The notes below the pieces were generated by a model that saw nothing but the letters and a program-made list of their open reading frames with translations, did not search any database and was not told the DNA's origin. DNA of 31,548 bases from an uncultured Candidatus Saccharibacteria bacterium. GTDB lineage: Bacteria; Patescibacteriota; Minisyncoccia; Phycocordibacterales; UBA9973. The stretch lies in the NCBI GenBank assembly GCA_964403005.1, contig CAYOEB010000002.1, positions 8,423 to 39,970 of the forward strand. Direction: 5' to 3'. The translations under genes and the position numbers were made by a program. Shown piece by piece: positions 26,576 to 31,548 of the stretch (position 1 is the stretch's first letter; every line of letters begins with the position of its first letter).

Positions 26576-27826
26576 ATGCCAAAAGTAAATCCAGAAATTG
26601 AATCATTCGCACGCATCAAGGTTATTGGTGTTGGCGGTTCAGGTAAAAACGCCATCAACCACATGATCAACAGCAAGGTCAAAGGCGTTGAGTTCATCGT
26701 CATGAACACTGATACCCAAGATCTCCACAACTCTTTGGCGGAGAAAAAGATTCACATTGGTAAAAACCTCACCAAGGGTCTCGGTGCGGGTATGAATCCT
26801 GATGTTGGCAAACGCGCAGCCGAAGAAACCAAGTCTGAAATTCAAGACGTCATCAAAGGAGCTGATATGGTTTTCATTGCCTGTGGCATGGGCGGCGGTA
26901 CTGGCACCGGCGCTGCACCAATTGTTGCTCGCGCAGCAAAGGAGCAAGGCGTTCTCACTATCGGTGTTGTTACTAAACCTTTCTTCTTTGAAGGTGCACA
27001 ACGCATGCGTCTCGCTGAACTCGGTCTCGCTGAACTCGAAAAGGAAGTTGATGCAATTATCGTCATTCCAAATGACCGACTCCTTGCTATTGCTGGTAAA
27101 GATATGGGCTTTAAGGATGCCTTTATGCTCTGCGATGATATTCTCCGACAAGCTGTCGAAGGTATTTCTGAACTCATCACTCGCCCTGGAGAAGTCAACG
27201 TCGACTTTGCCGATATCAAGACAATCATGCATGACACTGGCACCGCGCTCATGGGTATTGGTAAGGCCTCAGGCGACAACCGCGCAGAACAAGCTGCAAT
27301 GCAGGCTATCAACTCTCCACTCCTCGATGTTTCTATAAACGGTGCGAAAGGTGTCCTCTTTGCAATCTCTGGTGCAGACGATATTACCTTCAACGAAGTC
27401 CAGCGTGCTGCAACAATCGTCACCGAATCAATCGACAAAGAAGCTCGTGTTATCTGGGGTATGGTTCCAGACGAACGCCTCAAGAAGGGCGAAATGCAGG
27501 TTACCGTCATTGCGACTGGTTTTCCAGTTTCAGAAGGCGCAACCAAGAAATCACTCTTTATGCAGCAAGCCGCAATGCCACAGCAGTCACAACCAGCCGC
27601 TACAAGTAATACATCAAACGATAAGCGCAACTCCGATGACAGTCGCGAAGAAAAGCGCGAAGAGAAAAGAGAAATCAATCACGCTCCGCTCACAGCAAAC
27701 AGCGGTGAATACGTCAAAAAGATCGATCGTTCAAGCGAAAAGCCAGAAGTTATCGACGATGAAAACTTTGACGATGATCTCGATGAATGGAATGCCATTC
27801 CGGCTTTCCTCCGAAGAAAGAAGTAG
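26576..27826 (+). CDS. ftsZ: Cell division protein FtsZ
   Basis: IKVIGVGGSGKNA, NTDTQDL, GLGAGMNP, GMGGGTGTGAAP, VVTKPFFFEG, NVDFAD, C-terminal IPAFLRRKK. Confidence 0.98.
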   Translation: MPKVNPEIESFARIKVIGVGGSGKNAINHMINSKVKGVEFIVMNTDTQDLHNSLAEKKIHIGKNLTKGLGAGMNPDVGKRAAEETKSEIQDVIKGADMVFIACGMGGGTGTGAAPIVARAAKEQGVLTIGVVTKPFFFEGAQRMRLAELGLAELEKEVDAIIVIPNDRLLAIAGKDMGFKDAFMLCDDILRQAVEGISELITRPGEVNVDFADIKTIMHDTGTALMGIGKASGDNRAEQAAMQAINSPLLDVSINGAKGVLFAISGADDITFNEVQRAATIVTESIDKEARVIWGMVPDERLKKGEMQVTVIATGFPVSEGATKKSLFMQQAAMPQQSQPAATSNTSNDKRNSDDSREEKREEKREINHAPLTANSGEYVKKIDRSSEKPEVIDDENFDDDLDEWNAIPAFLRRKK

Positions 27827-27841
27827 GCAAATACCTTTTAT

Positions 27842-27870
27842 AAAAAACCCTTAATAAATAAGGGTTTTTT
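27842..27870 (+). terminator. Intrinsic terminator after ftsZ
   Basis: AAAAAACCCTTA / TAAGGGTTTTTT. Confidence 0.8.
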
Positions 27871-27873
27871 ATA

Positions 27874-27903
27874 TTGACAAATAGCTATATTTTATGATAT
27901 AAT
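27874..27903 (+). promoter_or_regulatory. sigma70-type promoter for 27931..28428
   Basis: TTGACA (27874-27879) - 18 nt - TATAAT (27898-27903), with TGA immediately before the -10. Confidence 0.65.
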
Positions 27904-27930
27904 ATATTGGAACCAAAAAATAAATATACA

Positions 27931-28428
27931 ATGAAGAGAATCGCCATCATGCTTTTGCTCGCATATGCAACTACGGCATCTGCAAGAACAATTACTGTCT
28001 CAAGAACAGCGACAGACAATAGTGGAGACTACCTCCACCAAATCGCAAATGTATTTGTAGATAGTGTGGGAAATGCCCTCAAAAAGGAATTCCCCTCTGC
28101 AATAGTTTCTGGGAGCATGTCTGTCACGCTCACACGTAGTCAGAATGGATTAACGCTCAGCTATAGCTGCGAAATAGAAACTGTATCGCCAGATGAGGCA
28201 CAATACTATTTCGAACATGCGGGTGCACTTTCTGTAAGCAGAACAGCCAGTGCTGCCAGAAGCGATGCGAGTAATCGCGCCAACCGTCAATTTGACGAAA
28301 GAGTCACAAAATTCCGAGTCGCTTATGGTGAGCAAATAACCTGCTACCTTGAAAACAAAAGTTCTTGCAATGACCCCAATTTCGTTTGGGCCATACACGA
28401 AAACTTTATTGCGGCTGCAAAAAATTAA
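27931..28428 (+). CDS. Hypothetical secreted protein
   Basis: Sec-type signal MKRIAIMLLLAYATTASA-R; three Cys in the mature part. Confidence 0.72.
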   Translation: MKRIAIMLLLAYATTASARTITVSRTATDNSGDYLHQIANVFVDSVGNALKKEFPSAIVSGSMSVTLTRSQNGLTLSYSCEIETVSPDEAQYYFEHAGALSVSRTASAARSDASNRANRQFDERVTKFRVAYGEQITCYLENKSSCNDPNFVWAIHENFIAAAKN

Positions 28429-28451
28429 TTGACGCCTTCAGTAAAAAATCG

Positions 28452-28484
28452 TACCTCGCTTTCACAAGCGGGGTATATTTTTTT
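28452..28484 (+). terminator. Intrinsic terminator after 27931..28428
   Basis: TACCTCGCTT-TCAC-AAGCGGGGTA followed by a T-run. Confidence 0.7.
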
Positions 28485-28513
28485 GTAAAACTATCTATGA
28501 TAAAATAGACCTT

Positions 28514-29443
28514 ATGTACGACCTCATCATCATTGGCGGTGGGCCAGCAGGTGTTGCTGCCGCGGTTTATGCAGCCCGCAAAAAATTGAATACGCTTATC
28601 ATTGCCAAGGAATTTGGTGGCCAATCAACTGTCTCTGAAAATATCGAGAACTGGATTGGTACGCCTTCTATTTCTGGCATAAAGCTCGCTGAAGATCTCC
28701 GTGCACATGCATACGCCTACAATGGAAAGTCGCTCACTATTCTCGAAGGCAGCAAGGTGAAGCATATCGAACGCAAAGGTTCTGATTTCGCGGTGAGTAT
28801 CGAAGATAGTGATACTGTCCACAACGGTCGCGCTATTCTCGTTTCCGCAGGCTCATACCGTCGCAAACTCGAGGCCAAAGGCGCTGACATTTTTGAAAAT
28901 AAAGGTATCACCTACTGCGCTTCGTGCGATGGACCACTCTTTAGTGACCAAGATGTTGTTGTGATTGGTGGTGGCAATGCAGCTTTTGAAACCGCGGCAC
29001 AACTCCTCGCATACTGCAAATCTGTGACACTCCTCCATCGCAGCACGCAATTTCGTGCTGACGAGGTTACTGTAGAAAAAGTTCTTGCTAATCCAAAAAT
29101 GAAAAGCTTTACCAATGTCAGCATTGAAGAAGTTAAAGGTGACAAATTTGTTACTGGTATTGTCTTTAAGAATGCTGCGTCTGGAGAAATCACGGAACTA
29201 CCAGTAAGTGGCGTATTTGTTGAAATCGGCCAATTACCAAATACTGATTTCGTCAAAGACTTCCTCCCACTCAATGACCATAAGCAAATAATTGTTGATC
29301 CAAAAACCCAACGTGCTGGCGTACCAGGAGCTTGGGCTGCTGGTGATTGTACTGACGGACTTTACCATCAGAACAACATTGCCGTAGGTGATGCAGTCAA
29401 AGCAGTTGAGGATCTCTATATATATCTCCACAAAAACGCATAA
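28514..29443 (+). CDS. trxB: Thioredoxin reductase family NAD(P)H-dependent flavoprotein
   Basis: DLIIIGGGPAG, YCASCDG redox motif, VVVIGGGNAA, GVFVEIG..PNT, AAGD. Confidence 0.87.
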   Translation: MYDLIIIGGGPAGVAAAVYAARKKLNTLIIAKEFGGQSTVSENIENWIGTPSISGIKLAEDLRAHAYAYNGKSLTILEGSKVKHIERKGSDFAVSIEDSDTVHNGRAILVSAGSYRRKLEAKGADIFENKGITYCASCDGPLFSDQDVVVIGGGNAAFETAAQLLAYCKSVTLLHRSTQFRADEVTVEKVLANPKMKSFTNVSIEEVKGDKFVTGIVFKNAASGEITELPVSGVFVEIGQLPNTDFVKDFLPLNDHKQIIVDPKTQRAGVPGAWAAGDCTDGLYHQNNIAVGDAVKAVEDLYIYLHKNA

Positions 29444-29448
29444 ATCAT

Positions 29449-29477
29449 AAATTACCCTTATATTATAAGGGTAATTT
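29449..29477 (+). terminator. Palindromic hairpin after trxB
   Basis: AAATTACCCTTATA-T-TATAAGGGTAATTT. Confidence 0.7.
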
Positions 29478-29481
29478 TAAT

Positions 29482-29510
29482 TTGACCCCATGTGGAAGAG
29501 AGAGTAATAT
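29482..29510 (+). promoter_or_regulatory. sigma70-type promoter for 29559..>31548
   Basis: TTGACC (29482-29487) - 17 nt - TAATAT (29505-29510). Confidence 0.5.
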
Positions 29511-29558
29511 CATAATGAAATCAAGATTCTTTTAAAACAACCTAAACCTAAAAAAACC

Positions 29559-31548
29559 ATGACTCAAGCTACACAAAAAGTAACGAGTCATACCCCATTT
29601 AGGTCATGGCTCAACTGGGCTCATGCCCAAAATCAACTTGAAATACTAATCAAAGCAATCATTACATCAGGCAATGCGACTACCGAAAATGAAGCAATGG
29701 CGTATTTAGAAAAAATGTACAATGAGAACAATCTTGCCGATCGCAAGAAAATTCATTGGAGTGATTTTTCTAATGCTCCCATTAGTCAGAAAAAAATGAC
29801 AGAGCTGAAACGTCTATTGAATGAAGAGCAAAAGAGTAAATCAAAGTATGATCATTCTCGCTACCATGGAATCGTTGGTCATAGCGCTATCCCCGATCTG
29901 TTTTCAGGTAAATTAATCTCAATCACATCAGCCAAGAAGAAGGGTTTACAAGGAGAGCAACTCGCTCTATTCCCAAATGGCTTTGCCTACGAACTCCTTG
30001 GCCAAAATGGTCACCTTAAAAAGCCCAATGCCAAGAGCAGCGCAATCATTCAAAGACTCGTTGCCGACATCGAAGAAAAGCGTTCGTACTTAGCAGAGCA
30101 TGCCTCAACGATCAATGTGTATTTCACACCTGAATATAAGAAACTTAAGCAAAAGCTAAAACTTATTTTCAAGGAGCACTTTGACCACATTCTCTATCGT
30201 GACACACCAAACTTTTTTGAGGACGAACGACTCTCCTTCCTGACATTTATGTCGTGGGCTGGAGCACTCGCTCACTATAAAAAAATTGGGTCACGACCTC
30301 TCTTTCGAGAGGTTTCTGTTTTGCCATACAGAGAAGATGTTGGCACAGGCAGAATTGACGCCTTTGAAGTTCTTGAGATTGATGGCCACGAGCCTTCGCA
30401 AAAGCAAGTCAATCAAATTGCTTCTCTTGCTGAACAGAAATTCGATTCTATTGGCCACGTCATCAAGGCTTTGCGGCAAAACTTCAGGTCTCACCTCAAG
30501 CTCAAGATTAGCGACTGGAAATTTGCTGTGGGCGATAGCCCAAAGCAGTCAAACGGACATGCCAATGTCATTCAATCGAAAGAGGTTCTTGCTGAGGCAC
30601 TGACAGATCATGTTAAGCAAATCAAGCGTTACTTATCGACCACTGTCCTCTCGCACGTACTCGCTGAAAAGAGAAACTTACAGGACATTGAGCATTTATG
30701 GGAATCACAAGCCATTACGCTCACAGGTGAAATTGTATACTTCTTGCCCGACAAACTGCCACAGTGCTACCAATTTGACCTTAGCGCCGAAGAAATGGAG
30801 CAAGTATTCCATGAACAAATCGTGTCAAACTTCAGAAGTGCAACATTTAAATCACACTTCCGCCACGCAAGCCATGCGATACTTGATCACACGATTAAAC
30901 TCTTCGAGGGTAAGCAGGTGCACCGAGCAAAACCAGGAGCTACATCTCAGCTCGTGATTGAAGGCTTTGAAACCACGTACCGTCCACATTCACGAAATAG
31001 CCAAGTTCGTAACCTGATTGAACGCTATAGTGCGCCTGTATTTCTTGATCAAACTAAAATCATTGAAATAGTAGGGCGAAAGAAGAAGACCGATGAGCCA
31101 GTTTACAAAATGCATCTCGATAGACTTATTGCTGCACTCAAAGATGAAACGAGCGATGTGAGAGCGGCACGTGGGTTCAATTTTGTGACCGGAGGCAAAA
31201 TCCTCTGTCTCAACCACAGTGAGAAATCCGGTTCTATGCACATTAACATTCGTGGTGGCTACTTCAAATGTTTTGGGTGTGGGGTTGGCGGTCATTTTGC
31301 CGAATACTCTATTCCAGATGATTTGCAATCAGTTGTTCTTTCAGAAAAACGATCACAGAAAGAACATCGACAAACACTCGGATTCACGATTGATTCTCGA
31401 CACCAAGCAATCATGACTATTGCACAAGATGTGCTCGTACGTTCAGTTGAGCGGAGCAAAGCAGTAGATTACATGACGTTTGAGCGCGGACTAAGTACTG
31501 GTGCCTCGAAGAAAGTTGGCATGGGTTACGCTGACGAAAGACTTATTG
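29559..31548 (+). CDS. PD-(D/E)xK nuclease-like domain fused to a DnaG-type CHC2 zinc finger and primase-like region; 3' end outside window
   Basis: Hand translation is open for 663 codons. Nuclease-like motifs: HGIVGH108, E251, GRID267, D319-W-K321, Q354xxxY358. Zinc finger C550-x2-H553-x17-C571-x2-C574. Then AVDYMTFERGL...GMGYA, resembling the start of the DnaG catalytic core. Confidence 0.8.
   Translation, partial: MTQATQKVTSHTPFRSWLNWAHAQNQLEILIKAIITSGNATTENEAMAYLEKMYNENNLADRKKIHWSDFSNAPISQKKMTELKRLLNEEQKSKSKYDHSRYHGIVGHSAIPDLFSGKLISITSAKKKGLQGEQLALFPNGFAYELLGQNGHLKKPNAKSSAIIQRLVADIEEKRSYLAEHASTINVYFTPEYKKLKQKLKLIFKEHFDHILYRDTPNFFEDERLSFLTFMSWAGALAHYKKIGSRPLFREVSVLPYREDVGTGRIDAFEVLEIDGHEPSQKQVNQIASLAEQKFDSIGHVIKALRQNFRSHLKLKISDWKFAVGDSPKQSNGHANVIQSKEVLAEALTDHVKQIKRYLSTTVLSHVLAEKRNLQDIEHLWESQAITLTGEIVYFLPDKLPQCYQFDLSAEEMEQVFHEQIVSNFRSATFKSHFRHASHAILDHTIKLFEGKQVHRAKPGATSQLVIEGFETTYRPHSRNSQVRNLIERYSAPVFLDQTKIIEIVGRKKKTDEPVYKMHLDRLIAALKDETSDVRAARGFNFVTGGKILCLNHSEKSGSMHINIRGGYFKCFGCGVGGHFAEYSIPDDLQSVVLSEKRSQKEHRQTLGFTIDSRHQAIMTIAQDVLVRSVERSKAVDYMTFERGLSTGASKKVGMGYADERLI

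Noticed and set aside
27590-27680. Low-complexity repeats in ftsZ (QQSQP, REEKREEKRE)
   Set aside because: Ordinary disordered FtsZ C-terminal linker.
12391-29431. Numerous 60-200 aa antisense or alternate-frame ORFs over typA, rseP, mreB, priA, ftsA, ftsZ and trxB
   Set aside because: They are fully nested in well-supported genes, have no motifs or independent expression signals, and are expected by chance from codon bias.
30286-31416. ORF-track entries 30286..30603, 30291..30494, 30610..30957, 30990..31328 and 31219..31416
   Set aside because: All are alternate-frame or antisense shadows of the single long frame from 29559, which carries the recognisable motifs.
1-31548. CRISPR arrays, IS elements, integron attC sites, rRNA or tRNA genes
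   Set aside because: No regularly spaced repeats, terminal inverted repeats with a transposase, recombinase genes or RNA-gene folds were found by eye. The hairpins are unrelated in sequence and behave like terminators.

Overview
The window is chromosomal backbone from a small-genome bacterium, most likely Patescibacteria/CPR (Parcubacteria-like). This is inferred from the gene set: short AlaRS, short HolB, degenerate PriA, a sigma4/HARE-HTH protein, rpsU-ybeY-ftsA..ftsZ order and near-absence of Shine-Dalgarno sites. Housekeeping genes are alaS, pepF, an MgtC-family gene, tsaC, mnmA, mltG, typA, rseP, frr, holB (with an in-frame TAA), mreB, priA, rpsU, ybeY, ftsA, murB, ftsZ and trxB. Single accessory genes are interleaved among them, most with their own predicted promoter and terminator. 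No integrase, transposase, tRNA, rRNA or CRISPR array is visible. Two long open frames missing from the supplied ORF track run off the window edges: a membrane-anchored protein at <1..1157 (-) and a >663-aa protein at 29559..>31548 (+). The second fuses a PD-(D/E)xK nuclease-like domain to a DnaG-type CHC2 zinc finger and the start of a primase-like region, and is the most novel item. Other standouts are an HTH-sigma4-coiled coil-RNAP alphaCTD fusion, a stand-alone DnaA domain IV-like protein, a degenerate FtsA/PilM-like gene paired with a bitopic membrane protein, an AT-rich murB between ftsA and ftsZ, a candidate small RNA upstream of ftsZ, and pervasive leaderless-type promoter spacing. All family calls come from motif recognition by eye; no database searches were run.
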